Shown here: one piece after another, positions 1 to 10,508 of the stretch
Position numbering within the stretch: position 1 is the stretch's first letter
How the letters are laid out: each line of letters begins with the position of its first letter
Assembly (NCBI GenBank): GCA_964016885.1
Contig: OZ024742.1
Location: 125,674,001-125,738,000, forward strand
From: Eledone cirrhosa
Lineage: Eukaryota
DNA length: 64,000 nt
Direction: 5' to 3'
Program-made: the position numbers and the translations under genes
The notes under the pieces: generated by a model
Databases searched by the model: none
What the model saw: the letters and a program-made list of their open reading frames with translations, nothing else
Told to the model about the DNA's origin: nothing

Positions 1-3000
1 ATCACCACCCACACTAGCACCACCATCACCACCGCCGGCAACCCCACCGCAAACAACAAGAACATCTTCAACACCACCACCACAAGCACCAACATCGCAA
101 ACACAACAACAAAACACACACACCCAGCAACAACGACAAGAAAATAGCAGAACCACACCCCACCCCCAGAAAAACAAATGCACAGCAATAAATACACATA
201 ACAAGAAACTAACGACTTACATAATTTAACACACAGACATTTAACAGCACGACTACATAATACCAGCACCAATCAAAACACCAACGAACATAAGACTGGT
301 AAGAATAGCACAGTAACAATACACAAACATTAAAACGAAATTCCCCAACGCAGTTGGTGATTTCAGAGACCTAGGAGGGACACTCAACATGAGAGTATAT
401 TTGGACATACTCACAGAAGAGCCGACGACCAGCCGAAGGGATGATTCAACGGTCCCTTCACCATACGATCACGTGAAAAGGGATGGAGAAACCATCCTTC
501 CTCTACGAGAAGTAAGGTAAGTGGTCTTTCCCATCTTTTCCACTCCATTTCAACATGACCTCACTCAGAATAGGCAGCATAAATGCGCGTGGCTTGGGGT
601 CGTCATGGAAGCAGGGCCACCTGCTCAACAACCTCAGGTCACTAAACATAGATGTAGTGGCCATCAGCGAGACCAGAATCTCCGAAGCACGGGCCTTCGC
701 ACCGATCTTCGGCGGCTACGATGTGTACGCATCTCCCAGCCGTCCGGGATCGGGGGGAGGAGTTGCTGTGCTTTTTCGGAGAGGTTTGGATCTCGCCATA
801 CGTGCCATCTTCTTGGACCCAGAAGGTAAGTTGGTAGTGCTGGACGTGACCAGCGGAGACGGGCAAGCTTTCAGGCTAGTGGCCGTCTATTCCCCGACAG
901 GAGCATGGCGGTCTGATTCCTTCCGGCGTCTGGAGACCTTTCTAGGAACGTCCCGCACTTTAGTGTTAGTGGGCGACTGGAAAGGGATCTTAGATGCACG
1001 CTGGGACTGTGTGGGATTAGCGGATAGGCGAGGAGGGTGCAAGAGCCTCACCAACCTGCTCAGGAATATTGAACTGTCTGACAGGTACCGATTGGATTTC
1101 CCGAATGTGCCAATGTGGACTTGGACAAATCGCATAGGGTCATCCAGATCATATCTAGATAGAGTATTTTGTAGGGAAATAGATAGGTCTAGCATAGGCT
1201 GTCCACAATTCAAGATAGTCAGCTACACGGACCACAAATTCGTGATCTGTGTGCTTGACTTAGATAGGCTTCATAGACGAGGACCCGGCTACTGGAAGCT
1301 AAACGCGTCCTTACCAGCGCGCAAGGCCTACAGAGACCGGATTAGCGAACTAGTTAAGCGGGCGTTGACGGGGGCCATCGTCAACAACAAGTGGTGGTTT
1401 GCTCTGAAAGGAGCGATTAGAATAGAGTCCATTAGGTTTAGTAAGGCTTTAGCAATACATAAAAATAGAGCAGAGGGAGAACTAGTTAGAAAATTAGACG
1501 AGGCGCTTAGCAAAGGCATCGCGACCGACGTACTTGCGGCGAAATTGACCCTTGACCAATTGTTCAATGCAAAGCACGAAGGTTGCGTTGTCAGAGCTAG
1601 GGTGCGTGCTCTCAGACACAAGGGGATGAAAGCCGTTCAATGGGCCTGAGTGGTGGAGGCGCGTCGTGGCAACAAAGCCACGATCCGGTCTTTGGTGTAC
1701 CACGACGGGCGCATGCTACTCGATCCCGGGCAAACGTGTGAAGCGACAGTTCGCCCAACTGTTCGGGAGCAGCGTCGGGCCGAATCGAGGAATGGACTTT
1801 AATGTCTACCTCGACGGACTGCCGCGGCTCTCGGGCACTGAGGCGGAGTGTTGCGAAAAGCCGATAACAGCCGTTGAAGTACGGGAGGCAATGATTGGCT
1901 GCACAATGGGTAAATCGCCTGGTTTGGATTGTCTGCCCTATGAACTTTACGTACAGATGCCAGACTTTTTCGGAGGCTTCTTGGCGGACGTCTACTGCAA
2001 CTGGCAACAGAACGGGAGAATTCCCAGCTTTGTGAGCCGAGGAGCTGTGGCGCTGCTGAGAAAGGATCCGAAAAAGGGGAATAACATAGATAATTTCAGG
2101 CCCATAACTCTGCTAAACACAGAGTTCAAGATTTTGGCCAAGCTGCTAGCAAAGAGGTTGGCGCTTGTCGTTGGTGGTCTGGTGGGAGATGCGCAGGCGT
2201 GCGCCATTCCCGACAGATCCATCCACGACAACCTCCACCTCATGCGATAACATCGTAGCGAGGGTAGCTAGGGAACCTGGCACGGGTGGGTCCTTGATCA
2301 ATTTAGATCAGTCGAAAGCTTTCGATAGGGTCGACCATCGTTACCTAGCGGCAGTCCTGAGGGCGGCTGGGTTTGGGCCCGTCTTCACAGGCTGGATCGC
2401 TGCCATGCACAGCGATATCTGCTCTGTGGTGAGACTGAACGGTCACCTTTCGGAACCGTTCAACATCATGCGCTCGGTCCGCCAGGGATGTACCCTCTCG
2501 TCCCTCTTGTACGTATTGACTCTCCAGCCATTACTGCACAAACTGGAGACGTTGAGGGGCATCCCGCGCGAACTAGGATGCGGACGATACGTGTCAGCAT
2601 ATGCGGACGATGTCACCGTAGTGGTGTCGAATACCAAACACATCGAGGCGATCGGCACTACACTAAGAGAATACGAAGCGGTGACAGGAGCAATGATCAA
2701 CCAGGAAAAGCCAGTGGGCTTGCAGCTCGGCACCTGGAGAGGCAGGTCCATGCCGTCCAACAGCGTTGTCGGGCGCTGGACGGACGGACCGGTTAAATTG
2801 CTAGGGGTCTGGTTCGGTCCGGACCTCCAGACGGACAAAAACTGGGACGAGGTGACGAGCAGGGTGGCTTCTCTCACTCAGAAATGGGCGGAGAGGAAGC
2901 TATCCCTAAAAGGTCGAGCGGAGGTGGCTAACGCGTACATCGCTTCCGTCATCTACTACCGCCTGACCGTCGTACCTTGTCCTAAGACCCGCCTGACTGC

Positions 3001-4236
3001 GCTGGAACGTTTGCTCTTTCGCTTTTTGTGGAAGGGACGCGATCCGATGTTCAGGCGGTCCATCTGCTGTCAACACCCGCTACGTGGATGGCTGGGCATG
3101 CCGTGGCTGATGATGCGCAGACACACGCTCAGGCTACGACATCTCCACCGCTTCCTCGACGGTGATCAGGTGTGGTCGCCGTTTGCTAGACACGTCTTTC
3201 CCCAGCTCGTCTCCTTGACGGAGCTGCAGTCCTGGGTCAAGCGAAGACCCAGAGGGAGCGCTTGGAGACTGGAATGTCTTCAGGCGCTCACAGCCCTCGA
3301 CCAATCGGGCAATGTGATCGGTGGAAACTCCACCTTGGCGTTCTATAGAGGATTAGTGGAGGGGAATAGCGACGACGTACTTGGAGAAACTCTAGGCGTC
3401 GACGAAAATCAACTAGTCAATCTCTTCGGAAGGACTTTCGGGCCGGGGCCTATGGACAACTTCCAGAAATCCCTGGCCTGGCAGTGCTACCGAGGAACCT
3501 TTGCCAGTTCGGGATAAACTCTACAGGCTTGGAGGTGCCGTCTGCCGGGCATGTCTGAGATGCGTGCAGGGCGACGAAACCGTCCTCACGCACTCGTCCA
3601 GTGTCCGAGCATTGCTGACTTGTGGGTTTATGTCGAACACCTGCTGTCACGTGTATGACGGATCTAGCTATCACCTGAGTCTATCGTGAGGATTGCCCCG
3701 TCCCCTTCCTTTAGCCGGGAAGGGCAGGCAGTTTTTATCTGTCTGGTGGCCATGTCGAAAGAGAAAGTATGGTAGACACGTTTGAAAGGGCTGAAGACGA
3801 GCACTTACCTCTTCGGTGATGCCCTGATTAACTTTTTCAAATTTCATTTGAAAAGGAAAATCAGGGTAGAGAGGGAAGTGCTCTCTTCCCAGCATTTTGT
3901 TGAAAGATGGGTGAGAGAAGCAAGTATGGCCCGAATGAATGGGCCTTCTCTGAGTATGTGTCTGTAAATTAAAGGTGGAAAACTGGGAGAGGGCACTTGC
4001 CCTGGTGGTCAGGGCCACTGTGGTCTTTTAATGGGCTTTCTCCACAAATGTCCCTTGGAAGTCTCCCCCCTATTGGGGAATTTTTCTTTGTTATTTTATT
4101 TCAACCTCTGTTTTTTTTTACACGCAGAAATGCCCATTTGTACCGTCCTGTATTGTCCTGTACTGTCCTTAATGTCTACTTTATGTGAACCCTTGTGGTT
4201 AATAAAGAAAACATTATTATTATTATTATTATTATT
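1..4236 (+). mobile_element. Tx1-group L1 non-LTR retrotransposon, copy 1 (5' end outside window; degenerate)
   Basis: ORF1 C-terminal remnant (1-520) closely matches 6033-6546. ORF2 555-3967 is broken by a TGA at 1647-1649 and by frameshifts, but keeps APE (SINARG, LDR, TDH), RT (KAFDRVDH, QGC, YADD) and C-terminal Cys motifs. AATAAA at 4201, then (ATT)n at 4213-4236. Confidence 0.93.
555..3967 (+). pseudogene. Disrupted ORF2 (APE endonuclease-RT-zinc finger) of Tx1 copy 1
   Basis: ORF pieces 555-1649, 1666-2250, 2165-3517, 3501-3689 and 3782-3967 are collinear with the intact 1139-aa ORF2 of copy 2. Confidence 0.92.
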
Positions 4237-4449
4237 GAATGCCATGGTTGACGGAGGCTCGGCTCTGTAAGGTATAGTAATTTTTAACCGTTAAAACAAT
4301 TGTAAATTGTTTAAAACTTGAACCAAATTGTTGATAAAGACACCCTCCTCCTCGTGAGAGGGGTCTTTCTGTCCGTTATTTGGCCCTTCGGGGTTAAATA
4401 ACCAGTTATTGGGGTTTTGTACCCAAAATTTCATTTTAAACAAAAAAAC

Positions 4450-6546
4450 ATGGCTACGAAAAAGAAATTTCATACGTCACTCCCACTCATTCCGTCTTCT
4501 TCTTCCTCAATCATCACTACAGCAGAGAGAAGATTGTCTCTCTCCCTCCCTTCTTTAAATGTGTCTCTCTCCCTCCCTTCTCTTTCGCAAGCGACGAAAG
4601 AAAAGAAAAGTCTCGTGCAAAGCGTGCAAGGTTTCTCCACGACGACGACGACAGCGACGAAACAGGTGTGCGGGAAATACGAAAACCCAGTTCATTCGTC
4701 TGACGTCAGGAATAATAGCAGTAGCAGCCGTAATAACAACAGCAACAGTGACAATGAAAACAACAGTAGCAGCCGCAACAGCATCACCAGCAGCATAAAC
4801 AACAACAGCATTAGCAGCAGCAACACCAACAACAACCACAGCAACAGCGGCGGAGGCAGTAGTCGTAGTACCTGCAGCAACAACAAAAGTACCAGCAGCT
4901 CTGACGACAACAACAACAGCAGAGAAAAACCAATCTCATTTGCAGGTATTGCGAAAAACTTGGAAACAATCCTCATAACAAATGAGGAATTAGAGGAAGC
5001 GAAGAAGATGGTGACAAAGAACGGACACCGAGCAATCTGCAAGGCAGCGAAAAATTTTTTCGAAACCCAAGAGCACTGTACGGTCACGTACCGTACAGTA
5101 AGTACAAAATCCCGTAGGGTGGAAAGAGCCACAGAGGCCCAAATACAAAAAGCCTTGGGGTCTGTGTGGCAGAGGAAAACGCACATCACCCGAGGCAAAA
5201 AATACGCCACCGTAGACGTACTTTTTGCCACACCCCAGGAGGCAAAGGCCCAATCAGTAGTGACCCTAAGGAGCGAGGAAATGGTGTTGGTGCCCTCCTA
5301 CTGCGGGCAAAAAATTGTGAGGGTCAAACTGACCCACGTCCCCCCCGGAATGACCCCTTCTTGGCTGGCCGCGTCTGTCCTCGTCGGAATCGAGGACAAA
5401 ACAACTGTACTGCAAGTACAGAAAAAAGTAAGAGAAGATTGGGTCGGCTCCTCCATTGAGATGCTAATCCAAACCAACCAGGAGTGCATCGAAGCTATCC
5501 CGGATGTGATAGACTTCGATAACGGCACTCAACTGCCCATAAGTGTTGAGGGCAAACGCCCGAAATGCTTTCGCTGTGGATCGAAGACTCACCTCAGGGC
5601 CTTCTGCAACGAGAAGACCCTGAGAAAGGAGAAAACCCCCCTCCTTCCGAATCCGGCTCCACGGCTACCAGCAACAGGACAAGCGGCAACCAGGAACGAT
5701 AGGTCCGTGGCACCCATACCCACTCCACGGAAATCAAAGACAGCAGCAGCAGTGGAAATATTAACAACAACAACAGCAATACCAAATGCAGCTGCAACAG
5801 AGACTCCATTGCAAACATCACCAACAACAACAAGTGAAAGAGTGGAGTTGGTACCCCTCCCCGACCTCACAGAATCAGACATGGAGTGTGAGGTGGGAGA
5901 GAGATGGCAAAAGGTCGTAAGAAGGCACAAACGCAGAAGCAGCGCATCGTCGCCTTTGAAAAGGGAGGAAAGAAATGAGAAAAGGGTAAAGTCTACTGCA
6001 AAGAGACCCACAGCAGCAACAACACCAACACCATCACCACCCACACTAGCGCCACCATCACCACCGGCGACAACCCCACCGCCAACAACACCTTCAACAC
6101 CACCACCACAAGCACCAACATCGCAAACACAACAACAAAACACACACACCCAGCAACAACGACAAGAAAATAGCAGAACCACACCCCACCCCCAGAAAAA
6201 CAAATGCACGGCAATAAATACACACAACAAGAAACTAATGACTTACATAATTGAACACACAGACATTTCACAACAGGACTACATAATACCAGCACCAATC
6301 AAAACGCCAACTAACATAAGACTGCTAAAAATAGCTCAGAAACAATACACAAACATTAAAACGAAATTCCCCAACGCAGTTGGTGATTTCAGGGACCTAG
6401 GAGGAACCATCAATCGAAGAGTATATTCAGACATTCTCTTAGAAGAGCCGACGACCAGCCGAAGGGACGATTCAACGGTCCCTTCACCAGACGATCAAGT
6501 GAAAAGGGATGTAAAAACCATCCCTCCTCTACCAAAAGTACGGTAA
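4450..6546 (+). CDS. Tx1/L1 ORF1p, nucleic-acid-binding protein with CCHC zinc knuckle (698 aa)
   Basis: ATG in aaacATGG context at 4450 (the ORF track starts at a TTG at 4417). CFRCGSKTHLRAFC = C-X2-C-X4-H-X4-C. N/S-rich and P/T/Q-rich low-complexity arms; lies directly upstream of ORF2. Confidence 0.9.
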   Translation: MATKKKFHTSLPLIPSSSSSIITTAERRLSLSLPSLNVSLSLPSLSQATKEKKSLVQSVQGFSTTTTTATKQVCGKYENPVHSSDVRNNSSSSRNNNSNSDNENNSSSRNSITSSINNNSISSSNTNNNHSNSGGGSSRSTCSNNKSTSSSDDNNNSREKPISFAGIAKNLETILITNEELEEAKKMVTKNGHRAICKAAKNFFETQEHCTVTYRTVSTKSRRVERATEAQIQKALGSVWQRKTHITRGKKYATVDVLFATPQEAKAQSVVTLRSEEMVLVPSYCGQKIVRVKLTHVPPGMTPSWLAASVLVGIEDKTTVLQVQKKVREDWVGSSIEMLIQTNQECIEAIPDVIDFDNGTQLPISVEGKRPKCFRCGSKTHLRAFCNEKTLRKEKTPLLPNPAPRLPATGQAATRNDRSVAPIPTPRKSKTAAAVEILTTTTAIPNAAATETPLQTSPTTTSERVELVPLPDLTESDMECEVGERWQKVVRRHKRRSSASSPLKREERNEKRVKSTAKRPTAATTPTPSPPTLAPPSPPATTPPPTTPSTPPPQAPTSQTQQQNTHTQQQRQENSRTTPHPQKNKCTAINTHNKKLMTYIIEHTDISQQDYIIPAPIKTPTNIRLLKIAQKQYTNIKTKFPNAVGDFRDLGGTINRRVYSDILLEEPTTSRRDDSTVPSPDDQVKRDVKTIPPLPKVR

Positions 6547-6580
6547 GTGGTCTTTCCCATCTTTTCCACTCTATTTAAAC

Positions 6581-9500
6581 ATGACCTCACTCAGAATAGG
6601 CAGCATAAATGCGCGTGGCTTGGGGTCGTCATGGAAGCAGGGTCACCTGCTCAACGACCTCAGGTCACTAAACATAGATGTAGTGGCCATCAGCGAGACC
6701 AGAATCTCCGAAGCACGGGCCTTCGTACCGATCTTCGGCGGCTACGATGTGTACGCATCTCCCAGCCGTCCTGGATCGGGTGGAGGAGTTGCTGTGCTTT
6801 TTCGGAGAGGTTTGGATCTCGCCATACGGGCCATCTTCCTGGACCCAGAGGGTAAGCTGGTGGTGCTGGACATGACCAGCGAAGACGGGCAAGCTTTCAG
6901 GCTAGTGGCCGTCTATGCCCCGACAGGAGCAGGGCGGCCTGATTTCTTCCGGCGTCTGGAGACCTTTCTTGGAACGTCCCGCTCTTTAGTGTTAGTGGGC
7001 GACTGGAACGGGATCTTAGATGCACGCTGGGACTGTGTGGGATTAGCGGATAGGGGTGGAGGGTGCAAGAGCCTCACCAACCTGCTCAGGCGTTTTGAAC
7101 TGTCTGACAGGTACCGATTGGATTTCCCGAATGTGCCAATGTGGACTTGGACAAACCGCATAGGGTCATCCAGATCATATCTAGATAGAGTATTTTGTAG
7201 GGAAATAGATAGGTCTAGCATAGGCTGTCCACAATTCAAGATAGTCAGCTACACGGACCACAAATTCGTGATCTGTGTGCTTGACTTAGATAGGCTTCAT
7301 AGACGAGGACCCGGCTACTGGAAGCTAAACGCGTCCTTACCAGCGCGCAAGGCCTACAGAGACCGGATTAGCGAACTAGTTAAGCGGGCGTTGACGGGGG
7401 CCATCGTCAACAACAAGTGGTGGTTTGCTCTGAAAAGAGCGATTAGAATAGAATCGATTAGGTTTAGTAAGGCTTTAGCAATAGAGAAAAATAGAGCAGA
7501 GGGAGAACTAGTTAGAAAATTAGACGAGGCGCTTAGCAAAGGCATTGCGACCGACGTGCTTGCGGCGAAATTGGCCCTTGACCAATTCTTCAATGCAAAG
7601 CACGAAGGCTGCGTTGTCAGAGCTAGGGTGCGTGCTCTCAGACACGAGGGGACGAAAGCCGTTCCATGGGCCCGAGTGGCGGAGGCGCGTCGTGGCAACA
7701 AAGCCACGATCCGGTCTTTGGTGGACCACGACGGGCGCATGCTACTCGATCTCGGGCAAATGTGTGAAGCTTTTCAGCGACACTTCGCTCAGCTGTTCGG
7801 GGGCAGCGGGGGGCCGGGTAGAGGGATGGACTTTAGTGTCTACCTCGACGGACTGCCGCGGCTCTCGGCCACTGAGGCGAAGTATTGCGAAAAGCCGATA
7901 ACAGCCGCTGAAGTACGGGAGGCAATGACTGGCTGCACAAGGGGTAAATCGCCTGGTTTGGATGGTCTGCCCTATGAACTTTACGTACAGATGCCAGACT
8001 TGTTCGGAGGCCTCTTGGCGGACGTCTACTGCAACTGGCAACAGAACGGGAGAATTCCCAGTTCTGTGAGCCGAGGAGCGGTGGCACTGCTGAGAAAGGA
8101 TCCGAACAAGGGGGATAACATAGACAATTTCCGGCCCATAACTCTGCTAAACACAGAGTTTAAGATTTTGGCCAAGGTGCTAGCAAAGAGGTTGGCGCTT
8201 GTCGTTGGTGGTCTGGTGGGAGAGGCGCAGACATGTGCCATTCCCGACAGATCCATCCACGACAACCTCCACCTCATGCGATACATCGTAGAGAGGGTAG
8301 CTAGGGAACCTGGCACGGGTGGGTCCTTGATCAATTTAGATCAGTCGAAAGCTTTCGATAGGGTCGACCATCGTTACCTAGCGGCAGTCCTGAGGGCGGC
8401 TGGCTTTGGGCCCGTCTTCAGAGGCTGGATCGCTGCCATGCACAGCGACATCTGCTCTGTGGTGAGAGTGAACGGTCACCTGTCGGAACCGTTCAACATC
8501 ATGCGCTCGGTCCGCCAAGGATGTCCCCTCTCGTCCCTCTTGTACGTATTGACTCTCGAGCCATTACTGCACAAACTGGAGACGTTGAGGGGAGTCCCGC
8601 GCGAACTAGGATGCGGAAGATCCGTGTCAGCATATGCGGACGATGTCACCGTAGTGGTGTCGAACGCCAAACACATCGAGGCGATCGGCACTACACTAAG
8701 AGAATACGAAGCGGTGACAGGAGCAATGATCAACCAGGAAAAGTCAGTGGGCCTGCAGCTCGGCACCTGGAGAGGCAGGTCCATGCCGTCCAACAGCGTC
8801 GTCGGGCGCTGGACGGACGGACCGGTTAAATTGCTAGGGGTCTGGTTCGGTCCGGACCTCCAGACGGACAAAAACTGGGACGAGGTGACGAGCAGGGTGG
8901 CTTCTCTCACCCAGAAATGGGCGGAGAGGAAGCTATCCCTGAAAGGTCGAGCGGAGGTGGCTAACGCGTACATCGCGTCTGTCATCTGCTACCGCCTAAC
9001 CGTCGTACCTTGTCCTAAGCCTCGCCTGACTGCGCTGGAGCGTTTGCTCTTTCGCTTTTTGTGGAAGGGACGTGCTCCGATGGTCAGGCGGTCCATCTGT
9101 TGTCAACACCCGCTACGTGGAGGGCTGGGCATGCCGTGGCTGATGATGCGCAGGCACGCGCTCAGGCTACGACATCTCCACCTCTTCCTCGACGGTGATC
9201 AGGTGTGGTCGCCGTTTGCTAGACGCGTTTTTCCCCAGCTCGTTTCCTTGACGGAGCTGCAGTCCTGGGTCAAGCGAAGACCGAGAGGGAGCGCCTGGAG
9301 ACTGGAATGTCTTCAGGCGCTCACAGCCCTCGACCAATCGGGCAATGTGATCGGTGGAAACTCCACCTCGGCGTTCTATAGAGGATTAGTGGAGGGGAAG
9401 AGCGACGACGTACTTGGGGAAACTCTAGGCGTCGACGAAAATCAACTAGCCAATCTCTTCGGAAGAACTTTCGGGCCAGGGCCTATGGACAACTTCCAGA

Positions 9501-10000
9501 AATCTCTGGCCTGGCAGTGCTACCGAGGAGCCTTGCCAGTTCGGGATAAACTCTACAGGCATGGAGGTGCCGTCAGCCGGGCATGTCCGAGATGCGCGCA
9601 GGGCGACGAAACCGTCCTGCACGCACTCGTCCAGTGTCCGAAAATTGCTGACTTGTGGGTTTATGTCGAACACCTGCTGTCGCGTTTAGGACGGATCCAG
9701 CTATCATCTGAGTCTATCGTGAGGATTGCCCCGCCCTCCTCCTTTAGCCGGGAAGGGCAGGCAGTTTTTATCTGTCTGGTGGCCATGGCGAAAGAGATAG
9801 TATGGTGGACACGTTTGAAAGGGCTGAAGACGAGCACTTACCTCTTCGGTGATGCTCTGATTGACTTTTTCAAATTTCATTTGAAAAGGAAAATCAGAGT
9901 AGAGAAGGAAGTGCTCTCTTCCCAGCATTTTGTTGAAAGATGGGTGAGAGAAGCAAGAATGGCCCGAGTGAATGGGCCGACTCTGAGTATATATCTGTAA
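6581..10000 (+). CDS. Tx1/L1 ORF2p: AP-like endonuclease, reverse transcriptase and C-terminal zinc finger (1139 aa)
   Basis: APE motifs IGSINARGL, ISETR, VGDWN, YLDR, TDH, then GPGYWKLN. RT motifs KSPGLDG, RPITLLN, LDQSKAFDRVDH, VRQGCPLS, YADD. C-terminal CPRC...ETVLHALVQC. Confidence 0.97.
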   Translation: MTSLRIGSINARGLGSSWKQGHLLNDLRSLNIDVVAISETRISEARAFVPIFGGYDVYASPSRPGSGGGVAVLFRRGLDLAIRAIFLDPEGKLVVLDMTSEDGQAFRLVAVYAPTGAGRPDFFRRLETFLGTSRSLVLVGDWNGILDARWDCVGLADRGGGCKSLTNLLRRFELSDRYRLDFPNVPMWTWTNRIGSSRSYLDRVFCREIDRSSIGCPQFKIVSYTDHKFVICVLDLDRLHRRGPGYWKLNASLPARKAYRDRISELVKRALTGAIVNNKWWFALKRAIRIESIRFSKALAIEKNRAEGELVRKLDEALSKGIATDVLAAKLALDQFFNAKHEGCVVRARVRALRHEGTKAVPWARVAEARRGNKATIRSLVDHDGRMLLDLGQMCEAFQRHFAQLFGGSGGPGRGMDFSVYLDGLPRLSATEAKYCEKPITAAEVREAMTGCTRGKSPGLDGLPYELYVQMPDLFGGLLADVYCNWQQNGRIPSSVSRGAVALLRKDPNKGDNIDNFRPITLLNTEFKILAKVLAKRLALVVGGLVGEAQTCAIPDRSIHDNLHLMRYIVERVAREPGTGGSLINLDQSKAFDRVDHRYLAAVLRAAGFGPVFRGWIAAMHSDICSVVRVNGHLSEPFNIMRSVRQGCPLSSLLYVLTLEPLLHKLETLRGVPRELGCGRSVSAYADDVTVVVSNAKHIEAIGTTLREYEAVTGAMINQEKSVGLQLGTWRGRSMPSNSVVGRWTDGPVKLLGVWFGPDLQTDKNWDEVTSRVASLTQKWAERKLSLKGRAEVANAYIASVICYRLTVVPCPKPRLTALERLLFRFLWKGRAPMVRRSICCQHPLRGGLGMPWLMMRRHALRLRHLHLFLDGDQVWSPFARRVFPQLVSLTELQSWVKRRPRGSAWRLECLQALTALDQSGNVIGGNSTSAFYRGLVEGKSDDVLGETLGVDENQLANLFGRTFGPGPMDNFQKSLAWQCYRGALPVRDKLYRHGGAVSRACPRCAQGDETVLHALVQCPKIADLWVYVEHLLSRLGRIQLSSESIVRIAPPSSFSREGQAVFICLVAMAKEIVWWTRLKGLKTSTYLFGDALIDFFKFHLKRKIRVEKEVLSSQHFVERWVREARMARVNGPTLSIYL

Positions 10001-10260
10001 ACTAAAGGTGGAAAACTGGGAGAGGGCACTTGCCTTGGTGGTCAGGGTCATTGTGGCTTTTTACTGGGCTTTCTCCACAAATGTCCCTCCGAAGTCTCCC
10101 CCCTATTGGGGAATTTTTCATTGTTATTTTCATTGTTATTTTTGTTACATCCTCTGTTTTTGTTTTTTTACACGCAGAAATGCCCATTTGTACCGTCCTG
10201 CATTGTCCTGCACTGTCCTTAATGTCTACTTTATGTAAACCCTTGTGGTTAATAAAGAAA

Positions 10261-10305
<45 letters not shown>

Positions 10306-10508
10306 GGGCGGTGGATTGGCAGTATCGGTAGAGGGTCGGACGCCATGCTTTCCAGCATAGTTACGTCCCTTTACGATCTGAGTTCAAATCCCGCCGAGGT
10401 TGACTTTGCCTTTCATCCTTACGAGGTCGATAAAATAAAGTACCAGTAATGCACTGGGTAATTGCTGGCCTTGTGCCTAAAGTAGAAATAATTATTATTA
10501 TTATTATT
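10306..10508 (+). mobile_element. tRNA-derived SINE with (ATT)n tail, between Tx1 copies 2 and 3
   Basis: Pol III A box TGGCAGTATCGG (10317) and B box GAGTTCAAATCC (10380). Central GACTTTGCCTTTCATCC..GGTCGATAAAATAAAGTACCAG block is shared with copies at 15575, 34823, 35690, 45118 and 46058. Confidence 0.85.

Larger units (their letters stand above)
4237..10305 (+). mobile_element. Full-length, apparently intact Tx1-group L1 retrotransposon, copy 2
   Basis: 5' UTR of about 210 nt, ORF1, 34-nt spacer, ORF2, 3' UTR with AATAAA at 10251 and (ATT)n tail at 10263-10305. It begins immediately after the (ATT)n tail of copy 1. Confidence 0.95.

Noticed and set aside
4555-6298. Antisense ORFs over Tx1 ORF1
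   Set aside because: Mirror frames of (AAC)/(AGC)/(ACC) low-complexity coding sequence.
6547-6855. 102-codon frame that continues in the ORF1 frame after its stop and overlaps the endonuclease (also 521-829, 12174-12437)
   Set aside because: GTG start and no recognisable domain. Openness is explained by GC-rich ORF2 codon usage and shared ancestry of the copies. Read-through cannot be supported from sequence alone.
10306-10400. tRNA gene
   Set aside because: A and B boxes are present but there is no cloverleaf; it continues into a SINE body and tail with many diverged copies.
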